Source of the DNA: Acidimicrobiales bacterium | Lineage (GTDB): Bacteria > Actinomycetota > Acidimicrobiia > Acidimicrobiales > SZUA-35 | NCBI GenBank assembly: GCA_033851875.1 | Contig: JAWSVN010000076.1 | Coordinates: 307 to 47,429 of the forward strand | Direction: 5' to 3' | DNA: 47,123 bases | In this document: positions 16,676 to 28,537 of the stretch, piece by piece | How the letters are laid out: every line of letters starts with the position of its first letter | How positions within the stretch are numbered: the stretch's first letter is position 1 | Position numbers and translations under genes: made by a program | The notes under the pieces: generated by a model | Told to the model about the DNA's origin: nothing | The model's input: the letters and a program-made list of their open reading frames with translations, nothing else | Databases searched by the model: none

Positions 16676-19274
16676 CGTCGAGCACGACGACGGCACGGCC
16701 CTCGGCCCGTGACGCCTCGAGGTCGACGGTGGCCGACAAGCGCCACTCGTCGTGGCCGTCGGGGTCGGCGAGGATCTGGGTGACGGCGCCGGTCGCGGCG
16801 TCGAAGGTGAACCGGGCGCCCGAGCGGGCGTCGCCGTCGACGCCGATCGAGTCGTAGGTTTCCCAGTAGGGAGCCATGGCGGCGACGATCTCCTCCAGGT
16901 CGCTGCCATTGGTACTGAAGAGCTCGGCGTAGTTGCGCTTGAACGCCAGGTTCTCGACCCAGCGCCACACCCGGTTGCGGACCATGGTGCGGAACGCCCG
17001 GGGGTTGGCGGTGATGTCGTCGGCCGTCGGGGGCCGGATCTCTTCCGGCTCGTCGGTCGCGCTGCCATCGGTCGGCTCGGGGTTGGTCATCGCCTCCCAC
17101 TCGTCGATCAGGCTCGAGTCGACCTGGCGGACCAGCACCCCGAGCCATTCGATCAGGTCGTCGAGATCGTCGGTGGCCGCCGCGTCGGGGATGTTCTGGC
17201 GCAGCGCCTTGTAGACGTCGGACAGGTAGCGCAGCACTACGCCCTCGCTGCGCTTGAGGCCGTAGTGGTTGACGAACTCGCCGAACGTCATCGCCTGTTC
17301 GTAGAGGTCGCGCACCACCGACTTGGGGCGGACGTTGTCGCTCCCGACCCACGGGTGGCTGACCCGCCAGCGGTCGAAGCTCTCATAGAGCCACTCGGCG
17401 TTGGGTTTCGGCGGCTCGATCTCCGCCAGGCGGTCCATGCGTTCCTCGTACTCGACGCCGGCCGCCTTCATCTCGGCCATCGCCTCGCTCTTGGCCAGGT
17501 TGACCTGGGCGGCGATGATCACGCCCGGCTGCTCGAGGATCGACTCGATGATCGTGAGCAGATCGAGGGCAAGGGGGAGGTCGTCGTCGGCCTCGGCGGC
17601 GTCCTGTTCGGCCAGGCGTTCCTCGATGGCCACCAGCGCCCACAGCGAGAGGGGCTGGTGGAGGGCGAAGTCGTCCTGGAGGTCGAAGTTGACCCGGACC
17701 CGGCGACCGAGCTCGTCGGGCTCGTCCGGGAACTCGAGCAACTCGGCCTCGACGAGGGAGCGGTAGATGGCGACGCTGCGCCGGATGTGGGCCCGCTGGC
17801 GGCGTCGGGGCTCGTGGTTGTCGGTCATGAGGCGGCGCACGGCGTCGCAGCCGTCGGTGCCGTCGGCCGACCGGGGACGGTCGAGCAGGCTCATCACCAT
17901 CTGGTGGGTGACGCCGAAGCTCGAGCGCATCGGCGACGGCGACCCGTCGATCAGCTTGGTGAAGGTGTCCTCGGTCCAGTGGGCGTAGCGGTCGTCGGGC
18001 TGCTTCTTCTTGACGACCTTCTTCTTGCCCTTCTCGGCCGCCTTGGCCTCGGCCCGCAGGTTCTCCACCACGTGTTCGGGGGCCTGGACCCACACGGTGC
18101 CGCGGTCGTCGAACCCCTTGCGGCCGGCCCGGCCGGCGATCTGCTGGAACTCGCGCACGTTCAGGGTGCGGGTCGAGGTGCCGTCGTACTTGTAGAGCTG
18201 GGTGAACAGCACCGAGCGGATCGGCACGTTGACGCCGACGCCGAGGGTGTCGGTGCCGCAGATGATCTTGAGCAGGCCCTCCTGGGCGAGCTTCTCGACC
18301 AACAGCCGGTACTTGGGCAGCAGGCCGGCGTGGTGCACGCCGATGCCGCCCATCAGGTAGCGACGCAGATCCTTGCCGATCGGGGAATCGAACCGGAACC
18401 CGCCGATCGCATCACGGATCCGGGCCTTGTTGGCCTTGCCGCCATCGGACGTGCCGATCGACAGGGGATCGAGCGACAGGTAGCCCTGGGCGGCCTCGGT
18501 CGCCTCGCGCTGGGTGAAGTGGACGAGGTAGATCGGGGCCCGGTCGCGTTCGAGCAGTTCGGTGATCGAGGCGTGCAGCGTGGTGCGGCGGTACTCGAAG
18601 TCGAGGGGCACCGGCCGCTGGGCCGAGGTGACGAGGGCGACCTCCCGGCCGGTGCGGCGCTCGAGGTCGTCGGTGATCTTGTCGGTGTTGCCGAGGGTGG
18701 CCGACATCAACAGGAACTGGGCGTTGGGGAGTTCGAGCAGCGGGATCTGCCACGCCCAGCCCCGCTGGGGGTCGGCGTAGTAGTGGAACTCGTCGACGAT
18801 GACGGTGTCGACCGGGGTCTCGGCGCCGTCGCGCAGCGCCCAGTTGGCGAGGATCTCGGCGGTGCAGCAGATGATCGGGGCCTCGGGGTTGACCGACGCG
18901 TCGCCGGTGATCATGCCGACCCGCTCGGTGCCGAAGTCGCGGCACAGGGCGAAGAACTTCTCCGACACCAGCGCCTTGATCGGCGCGGTGTAGACGCTCA
19001 CCTTGTCGGCCGCGAGGGCGGCGTAGTGGGCGGCGGCCGCCACCATCGACTTGCCCGACCCGGTGGGGGTGTTGAGGATCACGTGGTTGCCGGCCAGGAG
19101 TTCGAGGATCGCCTCCTCCTGGGCCGGGTAGAGCTCGATGCCCTGGTCCAGCGTGAAGTCGACGAATCCCTCGAGGAGGGCGTCGGGGTCGGGGGCGGGC
19201 GGCAGGGCCCGGACCAGCGGCGGGAGCGAGTCGAAGTCGATGCGTCTGGTGTAGCAGCTAGCGTCGACGCTCAT
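16650..19274 (-). CDS. Ski2/HelY-like DEAD/DEAH-box helicase with DUF3516-type C-terminus (start uncertain)
   Basis: PTGSGKS, PIKAL, DEFH, MSAT, GTDTLGVGVN, QIAGRAGR; C-terminal RQVDSSLIDEWE. Confidence 0.9.
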   Translation of the reverse strand: MSVDASCYTRRIDFDSLPPLVRALPPAPDPDALLEGFVDFTLDQGIELYPAQEEAILELLAGNHVILNTPTGSGKSMVAAAAHYAALAADKVSVYTAPIKALVSEKFFALCRDFGTERVGMITGDASVNPEAPIICCTAEILANWALRDGAETPVDTVIVDEFHYYADPQRGWAWQIPLLELPNAQFLLMSATLGNTDKITDDLERRTGREVALVTSAQRPVPLDFEYRRTTLHASITELLERDRAPIYLVHFTQREATEAAQGYLSLDPLSIGTSDGGKANKARIRDAIGGFRFDSPIGKDLRRYLMGGIGVHHAGLLPKYRLLVEKLAQEGLLKIICGTDTLGVGVNVPIRSVLFTQLYKYDGTSTRTLNVREFQQIAGRAGRKGFDDRGTVWVQAPEHVVENLRAEAKAAEKGKKKVVKKKQPDDRYAHWTEDTFTKLIDGSPSPMRSSFGVTHQMVMSLLDRPRSADGTDGCDAVRRLMTDNHEPRRRQRAHIRRSVAIYRSLVEAELLEFPDEPDELGRRVRVNFDLQDDFALHQPLSLWALVAIEERLAEQDAAEADDDLPLALDLLTIIESILEQPGVIIAAQVNLAKSEAMAEMKAAGVEYEERMDRLAEIEPPKPNAEWLYESFDRWRVSHPWVGSDNVRPKSVVRDLYEQAMTFGEFVNHYGLKRSEGVVLRYLSDVYKALRQNIPDAAATDDLDDLIEWLGVLVRQVDSSLIDEWEAMTNPEPTDGSATDEPEEIRPPTADDITANPRAFRTMVRNRVWRWVENLAFKRNYAELFSTNGSDLEEIVAAMAPYWETYDSIGVDGDARSGARFTFDAATGAVTQILADPDGHDEWRLSATVDLEASRAEGRAVVVLDAIGGVPAG

Positions 19275-19452
19275 GGCGCTCCGCTACCGCTTCCTCACCG
19301 GCCCGGACGACTCGAGCTTCTGCGATCGGGTGACCGAGGCGCTCAACGACGGCTACGAGCTGCACGGCAGCCCGGCGCTCACCTTCGACACCGAGACCGG
19401 CCGAGTGGTCTGCGGCCAGGCGGTCGTGCGGGCCGAGCCCGACGAGGCCTAG
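19273..19452 (+). CDS. DUF1737 family small protein (59 aa; absent from the supplied ORF track)
   Basis: MALRYRFLTGPDDSSFCDRVTEALNDGYELHGSPALTFDTETGRVVCGQAVV*; host-like codon usage; TAGCGT 8 nt upstream. Confidence 0.82.
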   Translation: MALRYRFLTGPDDSSFCDRVTEALNDGYELHGSPALTFDTETGRVVCGQAVVRAEPDEA

Positions 19453-19481
19453 GCAGCCGATGACACGCCGGGCGGCACTTC

Positions 19482-20243
19482 ATGCATCGTGACGAGGTTC
19501 GGGCGGAGTTCGAAGAGTTGGGGGTGTTGATCCCTGAGCTCGAGGCGCATGTCGTGCCGCAGGGCACGTTCGACCGACTCGTCCTGCCCGACGGGTTTCA
19601 CCTGTCGCGGTCGTTGGAGCGCTTGTTGCGCGAGGGCGGTCCGTGGATCGGAGGCCCGCCGTGGGGTGGGTTTCCGACGGACCAAGACAAGCTCGATCGC
19701 ACGCTCCCCGTGGCCCAGATGCTCCGAGCGATCCCGAACGTGGTGAGGGAACTGCCGGACGGATTCGGGGTGCGGTGGGTGGAGGTCTACTGGCAGCAGC
19801 CTTTTTGTGTGTTGGCGGCGGCGACGCCGGAGCAGTACGAGTCGGCGCCCCTGCTCATCGACTACGGGGAGGATGGCGACGTGGTGTTGCTCTTCCCCGA
19901 CGAGGACGAGTTGGTCCAGGCCTACGAGCTGGCGGTCGTCAGTGACCCGGAGGATGCAGCGGACGGAGGCAACGGGATGGTCTCCGATTACTTCCTGCTG
20001 TGGCTGACCAAGTCGCCGCCTCGACGTCCGGAACACCGACTGCTGTTCCAGCGGCTCGACGAGTTGAGCGCCACGTGGCACAGCGAGCACCCGTGCTGGG
20101 TGCCCGAGTGGATGCCGCTCGGGGTTGCGCCCGAGGCCCGGGAGCTGCCGGAGCGGTGCGTTCGTGAGGCGCCGGAAGATGTCCTGCGCGCCGTCTTCCA
20201 GATGCCGGACGACTACGAGATCCCGGTGCGGGCTCTTATCTGA
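19482..20243 (+). CDS. Hypothetical protein (acidic, Trp/Pro-rich)
   Basis: 253-aa ORF with protein-like composition filling the gap before cofE; no family recognised. Confidence 0.6.
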   Translation: MHRDEVRAEFEELGVLIPELEAHVVPQGTFDRLVLPDGFHLSRSLERLLREGGPWIGGPPWGGFPTDQDKLDRTLPVAQMLRAIPNVVRELPDGFGVRWVEVYWQQPFCVLAAATPEQYESAPLLIDYGEDGDVVLLFPDEDELVQAYELAVVSDPEDAADGGNGMVSDYFLLWLTKSPPRRPEHRLLFQRLDELSATWHSEHPCWVPEWMPLGVAPEARELPERCVREAPEDVLRAVFQMPDDYEIPVRALI

Positions 20244-20949
20244 ACAAGTCCTCGCTCGGGTGGCGGACGACGTCGTCGACGACGCTGCCCTCGCCGAACC
20301 AGGCCTCCTCGACGCCGCGGATCAGGGCGACCGCGATGCCGTCGCTCTTGCCCCGCACCAGCTCGGCCGCACCGGCCAGCTCGTCGACGATGCACACCTC
20401 GGTGACGTGCAGCTCGCGGCCCACGGCGTCCTCGGTACCCCGAAGATCCAGGATCGGGCGCAGGCCGGCACAGCCGAGGGCGACGTCGGTGAGGCCGCGG
20501 CGCCACGGGCGGCCGAAGGTGTCGGCCACGATGATGCCGGTCTCCAGGCCGAGGCGACCCTTGATGGCGTCACGGATACGGCGGGCCGATCGGTCGGGGT
20601 CGACCGGGAGCAACAGCGCGATGTCGGGCGCCACGTTGGAGCGGTCGATCCCGGCGTTGGCACACACGAAGCCGTGTTCGGTCTCGGAGATGATCAGCTC
20701 GCCGCGGCGCCGCACGACGCGGGCCGACTCGGCGACGACGAGGGGCTTGTGGGCGAGGGGATCGTCGGGGTCGACCTTCACCCCTCGGTCCTCGGCCTTC
20801 GACACGACCTTCTGCGACACGACCAACACGTCGTGGTCCTGCAGCGGCTCGCTGGCCTGACAGGCATCGATGATCAGGCCGGCCAGGTCGTCGCCGGCGG
20901 CGATCTCGGGCAGGCCGGGGACGGGGACGATCTCGAGGCGACGGCGCAC
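20236..20949 (-). CDS. cofE: Coenzyme F420-0:L-glutamate ligase
   Basis: GLPEIAAGDDL, VSQKVVSKAE, ANAGIDRSN, DTFGRPWRRG, DELAGAAELVRGK. Confidence 0.95.
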   Translation of the reverse strand: MRRRLEIVPVPGLPEIAAGDDLAGLIIDACQASEPLQDHDVLVVSQKVVSKAEDRGVKVDPDDPLAHKPLVVAESARVVRRRGELIISETEHGFVCANAGIDRSNVAPDIALLLPVDPDRSARRIRDAIKGRLGLETGIIVADTFGRPWRRGLTDVALGCAGLRPILDLRGTEDAVGRELHVTEVCIVDELAGAAELVRGKSDGIAVALIRGVEEAWFGEGSVVDDVVRHPSEDLFR

Positions 20950-20959
20950 GGTTCGCAGG

Positions 20960-21838
20960 CTACTGGCCGGCCAGATCGTGCGGGCCGGACGCCGGGTAGC
21001 CGTGGCCGGCCCGGATGGTGGCGCCCCACGGTTCGAGGATCGCGACCAGCTCGTCGAGGTCGGACCCGAGACGATCGAGCACCGGCGTCATCTGGGCGTC
21101 GGTCGCCACCTCGATCTCCTCCCGGAACGCCCGGCCGGCGTCGCTGAGGGTCTCCTCCGGGGTGAGGTAGCCGTCGTCGGTCAACGAGGCGACCGCGGCG
21201 TCGAACTGCTCGGCGCTCCAGCCCCGGGTGCGCGAGTAGCTGCGGGCCGGCAGCCCCCACCACAGCTCCGACAGGATGCCGATCTGGCAGGCGTCGAGGC
21301 CGGCGGCCGCCCACGCCGCGTTGTGGGAGTCACCCCGGAACTCCCGCAGGGCGTCGCCCCAGCGGAAGATCTCCCCGAAGGCATGGTCGTGCACGGGAGC
21401 GACCAGCGCTCCGGCGGCCAGGGCCCGCGGGCCGGGGGCGAGCCCGTCGACCGCCCGGCGCAGGAGTTCGGCGGCCCGCTCACGCCTGTCCCCCTCACTG
21501 CCGACGATGCGGCTCAGCAGGGCCAGCACCGCGTCCTCGCGTGCGGCCAGGATCGTGGCCGCATCGGCGATCGTGCGGCCGTGGTCGACCGAGGCCGCGA
21601 TGCCCGTCGGCTCGAACACGCCGAAGGCGGCGGCGACGGTCGCCCCGTTGGCGGCGCCGAGGAGTGACCCGCGGCTGGTGGCATAGGCCACGCCGTCGGG
21701 GAAGGCGACCCCACCTCGACCGGCCGGCGAGTCGCCGTAGCCGAGCGCCACGTAGGCGGCGTGGGCCTCGGGCGCGAAGTAGACGGCGCCGATGACCGGT
21801 TCGAGAGCGGATGCGAGCGTACGAGCAGGGGTCCCCAT
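20960..21838 (-). CDS. SCO6745-family conserved actinobacterial protein
   Basis: EPVIGAVYFAPE, YATSRGSLLG, LREFRGDSH, RTRGWS, REEIEVATD. Confidence 0.75.
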   Translation of the reverse strand: MGTPARTLASALEPVIGAVYFAPEAHAAYVALGYGDSPAGRGGVAFPDGVAYATSRGSLLGAANGATVAAAFGVFEPTGIAASVDHGRTIADAATILAAREDAVLALLSRIVGSEGDRRERAAELLRRAVDGLAPGPRALAAGALVAPVHDHAFGEIFRWGDALREFRGDSHNAAWAAAGLDACQIGILSELWWGLPARSYSRTRGWSAEQFDAAVASLTDDGYLTPEETLSDAGRAFREEIEVATDAQMTPVLDRLGSDLDELVAILEPWGATIRAGHGYPASGPHDLAGQ

Positions 21839-21863
21839 GGCCGGCAACCTAGGATTCCGGACC
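21839..21863. promoter_or_regulatory. Putative bidirectional leaderless promoter (SCO6745-like / flavin reductase)
   Basis: + TAGGAT at 21850-21855, 8 nt before GTG 21864; - TAGGTT at 21851-21846, 7 nt before ATG 21838. Confidence 0.6.
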
Positions 21864-22493
21864 GTGGACCACCAAGCCCAGCTCTCGAACGACCGCACCA
21901 CCTTCGAGGTGGCCGAACTCGAAGGGGCCGACGGCTACAAGCTCGCCACCGGTCTCGTCGTGCCCCGGCCGATCGGTTGGATCGGCACCCTCGGCGAGCA
22001 CGACGTGCCCAACCTCGCGCCCTACTCGTTCTTCAACGTGATGTCGGGCAACCCGCCCACGATCGTGTTCGCACCGGGACGCGGCGTCCGCAAGGACACC
22101 CTCGACAACGTCGAGCGGCTCGGCGAGTTCAGCGTCAACATCGTCACCGCCGAGGTGGTCGAGGCGATGAACGCCACCTCGGCCAGTGTCGAGGCCGACG
22201 TCGACGAGTTCGCCCTCACCGGCCTCACAGCCCTGCCGTCGACCAAGATCGGGCCGCCGATCGTGGGGGAGTGCAAGGCGGCGATGGAGTGTGTGGTCAC
22301 CCAGATCATCGACGTCGGCCGGCCCGGCTCGGGCAACGCCCTCGTCATCGGTGAGGCCGTCGCCATCCACGTCCACCCGAGTCTGCTGGATGGCACCCGG
22401 GTCGACCAGGCCGCCCTGCGCGCCGTCGGTCGCCACGTCGGCAACCTCTACTCCAACAGCGACGACCTGTTCGAGCTGATCAGGCCGGCCTGA
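21864..22493 (+). CDS. Flavin reductase-like (DIM6/NTAB) family protein
   Basis: YKLATGLVVPRPIGWIGT, NLAPYSFFN, KDTLDN, GEFSVN; GTG at 21864 chosen from promoter spacing. Confidence 0.88.
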   Translation: MDHQAQLSNDRTTFEVAELEGADGYKLATGLVVPRPIGWIGTLGEHDVPNLAPYSFFNVMSGNPPTIVFAPGRGVRKDTLDNVERLGEFSVNIVTAEVVEAMNATSASVEADVDEFALTGLTALPSTKIGPPIVGECKAAMECVVTQIIDVGRPGSGNALVIGEAVAIHVHPSLLDGTRVDQAALRAVGRHVGNLYSNSDDLFELIRPA

Positions 22494-25350
<2,857 letters not shown>

Positions 25351-25441
25351 CGCTCGATGCTAACCGGCCGGCACGATCCCGCTGGGTACTCCCACTCGGT
25401 GCAGCCGAACGACCCCCCACCACGGGTACTCTGACCCCTTC

Positions 25442-28400
25442 GTGACCGAGCCCGATCGCTCCTCCCTCGGCGCCGACCTCCTCGACGGCGCGGTCGACGA
25501 CGCTCCGGACGTCGTCGCGGTGGTCGCGGCTCGCGGCCGGACCGATCATCTCGAGGAAACCCTCGAGTCGCTGGTGGGTCAGGACTACCCGCGGTTGTCG
25601 ATCCTGGTGGTCGATGCCACCCCCGATCCGATCGCCGATCGGGTGGCGAGCGTCGCCCCCGACGCCTTCCTTCATCGCCTGACCGGGGCGCCGACCACCG
25701 GTGCCGCGTTCAACCAGGGCGCTTCCCTTGTCGACGGTGCCCCGCTGCTGCTGTTGTGTGCCGACGACGTCGTCCTCGAACCCGACGCCGTGACCCAACT
25801 CGTCGTCGGCCTCTATCGGGCCAACGCCGGCGTCGTCACCCCCAAGGTCGTTCGTCTCGACGACCGCCGCCGCCTCCGTCAGATCGGCATGGGCGCCGAC
25901 CGGTTCGGCGTCGCCGTCGACCTGGTCGACCCTGACGAGTTCGATCAGGACCAATACGACTCACAGCGCGATGTGTTCGTCGCCCCGCTCGGCGTGCAGT
26001 TGATCCGGGCCGACCTGTTCGCCACCCTCGACGGGTTCGACACCGCCGTCGATGCCGAGGCGATCGACGTCGACCTGTCGTGGCGGGCCCAGCTTCTCGG
26101 CGCCCGCGTCGTCGCGATCCCGCGAGCGAAGGTGGCCGCCGCCGATCCCGAAGCGTCGCCCGACGTGCGGCGCCGCGACCTCACCCGCCAACGGCTGCGC
26201 ACCGTCCTGACCACGTCGTCGTTGCTGCGCGTCGCCCCGATCGCCGTCGGCCTGATCGTTCTCGAGGCCCTCTATTGCCTGCTGGCCGGACGCCGCCGCC
26301 AGGCCACCGGCGTGTTGAGCGCGCTGCCGTGGAACATCGCTCGGTGGGGTGAGACACAGCGTCGCCGCAAGCGTCTGGCTGCCCTGCGCGACGAGACCGG
26401 CAGCACCGTCACCGACCGACAGCTCCAGAAGCGGCAGGTGGGTGGCTCGGCCCGGATCGCCCACTACTTCCGGCACCAGCTCGGATCGGGTCAGGACCGC
26501 GTCACCGGCGTCGTGTCCTCGCTGCGGACCTCGGTCGAGGATCGCGGCGTGTCGTCGGCCCGTGTCGGCGTGCTCGGCGGCGCGCTCGTCGCCTTCGTGA
26601 TGATCTTCGGGTCGCGTCATCTGCTCACTCGGGGGGTCAGCTTCGTCGGCCAGATGCCGGTGCTGCCGGCCGATGGCGTGCTGCTCGGGGAGTGGTGGGG
26701 TTCGTGGCGATCGGCCCAGCTCGGCCTCCCGTCGGCATCGCCGACCGCCTACGCCGCCGTCGGCCTCGCCCAGGAGGTGGTCTGGTCCGACTCCCTGCTC
26801 GAGCTCCTCCTCGTGGTGATCCCCATCGTCACCGGTGTCGTCGGCGCCTGGACACTCGTGCGGCCACTCGGCAGCGCCTCGGCCTCCGCGGCCGCCAGCG
26901 CTGCCTATGCGTTCAACCCCCTGCTGAGCGCCATCCTGTCGGCCGGCCGCTGGGACGCCTTGATCCTCTGGGGTGCGGCGCCCACCCTGTTGGGGTCGGT
27001 CCTCCGGCTCCAGGGCCTGACTCCCTACGGCGGCGACGACGCCGGCCCCGGGGTCCAGCGTCGACGGGTGCCCGTTCGTCTGCTGCGGCTCGCGGTAGCC
27101 ACCACCGCGACCGTCACCTTCGTGCCGGGTGCCGTGGTCCTCACCCTGTTTCTCATCGCCGCGGTGGCGGTGGCCTCGCTCGTCACTCTGCGGCTGGGCG
27201 GCCTGGTGCGCCTCGCCCTCGGTGCCGTGCTGGCCGTCGCCGCCCCCGTCGTGCTCCACGGCCCTTGGGGGTTCCAGATGCTCGGCCAGGGTCGGGTCGA
27301 CTGGTTGCTCGGGAGCCCGTCGCCGCTCGAGTCGTTCGACTCGATGGCCGACCTCGTCCGCTTCGCCCCGTCGAGCCCGGCGCCGGCGTCGACCGCGCTG
27401 GGTCTCACCGTCGTCGCCCTGGTCGGTCTCGCCATCGGTCGGGCCAGTCGCTTCGACCTGGCCGTGACCGGTTGGTGCGCCGCTCTCGGCTCCTTCGTGG
27501 CGCTCTGGCTGGCGCGACGGGCGTCGGCGAGCAGCGGCCTCGACACCGAGGCGGTGCTGGTGATCGCCGCCGTCGGGCTCGCCCTCGCGGCCGGCGCTGC
27601 GGTCCGGTCGATGGAGCTCGATGGCCGGTCGCGGCCCAGCCGCGTGATCGGCGTGGTCGGGCTCGTCGGTCTCGCCGTGCTCGGCGTCGGGGCGGTGCGC
27701 AACGCTCTCGACGGCAACTGGGGTGGCCCCCAGCAGGGCTACGAACCCATCGTCGGTGCCCTGGTCGACGAGACTGCCAGCTCGAACCGCACACTCTGGT
27801 TGGCCGCCGAGGAGATCGCCCCCTTCGACACCGTGGCGACCCCCGGCGGTCTGCGATTCGCCGTGATCGACCAGGGAGCGCCCGATCTCCGCAACCGATG
27901 GGCGCCGGCCGAGATCGGCGGCCTGCCGCGGATCGGGGAGCAGCTCGACCTCGCAGTCGCCGGCGACACCGTCCACCTCGGGCGACTCCTCGCGCTGTGG
28001 GGTATCGACACCGTCGTCTACCTGCCCCAGCTCGTGCCCTACGAGGGTGCGGTCTTCACCCCCGGCGTCGCTGATCCGATCGCGGTGCTCGATGCCCAGG
28101 TCGACCTCCGTCGGGTCACCGGCGTGCCCGGCCTGGTGGTCTACGACAACCGGCCCTCGGCCGGGGTGGCCGCCGCCGCCGATGGCCTGTCGGACCTCAC
28201 CCCCGACCCACGGTCGGTGCTGGCCTTCGACGTCGAGACGTTGCAGCCGGTCGCCGCCACCCGGATCGACGTCGATCGTTGGGAGCTCCCGGCGGACCTC
28301 GAGACCGCGGTGCTCGCCGTTCCGGCCGAAGGCTGGTCGGCCGACGGCGCCGAGATCTCGACCGCGGCATCCGGCCTGCTCAGCGTCGCCGGGTCGTCGT

Positions 28401-28537
28401 CCGGCGACCCGATCGTTGTCGCCCACCCGCTCGGTTGGGGCCGGCGTCTCTGGCTGATCGCCCAACTCTTGGCGATGACGGCGGCCGTCCTGCTGGCCCA
28501 GACCCGGCCCGAGGGTCGAGCCGAGGAGACGCCATGA
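25442..28537 (+). CDS. Large membrane protein with N-terminal GT2-like domain
   Basis: LEETLESLVGQDYP...VVD GT-A-like N-terminus followed by many hydrophobic segments; sits upstream of DUF5719 as in the conserved actinobacterial locus. Confidence 0.8.
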   Translation: MTEPDRSSLGADLLDGAVDDAPDVVAVVAARGRTDHLEETLESLVGQDYPRLSILVVDATPDPIADRVASVAPDAFLHRLTGAPTTGAAFNQGASLVDGAPLLLLCADDVVLEPDAVTQLVVGLYRANAGVVTPKVVRLDDRRRLRQIGMGADRFGVAVDLVDPDEFDQDQYDSQRDVFVAPLGVQLIRADLFATLDGFDTAVDAEAIDVDLSWRAQLLGARVVAIPRAKVAAADPEASPDVRRRDLTRQRLRTVLTTSSLLRVAPIAVGLIVLEALYCLLAGRRRQATGVLSALPWNIARWGETQRRRKRLAALRDETGSTVTDRQLQKRQVGGSARIAHYFRHQLGSGQDRVTGVVSSLRTSVEDRGVSSARVGVLGGALVAFVMIFGSRHLLTRGVSFVGQMPVLPADGVLLGEWWGSWRSAQLGLPSASPTAYAAVGLAQEVVWSDSLLELLLVVIPIVTGVVGAWTLVRPLGSASASAAASAAYAFNPLLSAILSAGRWDALILWGAAPTLLGSVLRLQGLTPYGGDDAGPGVQRRRVPVRLLRLAVATTATVTFVPGAVVLTLFLIAAVAVASLVTLRLGGLVRLALGAVLAVAAPVVLHGPWGFQMLGQGRVDWLLGSPSPLESFDSMADLVRFAPSSPAPASTALGLTVVALVGLAIGRASRFDLAVTGWCAALGSFVALWLARRASASSGLDTEAVLVIAAVGLALAAGAAVRSMELDGRSRPSRVIGVVGLVGLAVLGVGAVRNALDGNWGGPQQGYEPIVGALVDETASSNRTLWLAAEEIAPFDTVATPGGLRFAVIDQGAPDLRNRWAPAEIGGLPRIGEQLDLAVAGDTVHLGRLLALWGIDTVVYLPQLVPYEGAVFTPGVADPIAVLDAQVDLRRVTGVPGLVVYDNRPSAGVAAAADGLSDLTPDPRSVLAFDVETLQPVAATRIDVDRWELPADLETAVLAVPAEGWSADGAEISTAASGLLSVAGSSSGDPIVVAHPLGWGRRLWLIAQLLAMTAAVLLAQTRPEGRAEETP

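Noticed and set aside
16752-19463. 903-aa plus-strand ORF (likewise 30568-32520, 32250-35339, 36269-38725, 40970-43249, 44135-47065, 5206-6921)
   Set aside because: Antisense shadows of well-supported genes; high-GC codon usage removes stops on the opposite strand, and the products show no recognisable motifs.
15875-20243. Helicase + transglutaminase + orphan ORF as an anti-phage defence island
   Set aside because: The helicase is a widespread DUF3516-type with host-like codons; the genes are not co-oriented, and no nuclease, integrase or flanking repeats were seen.
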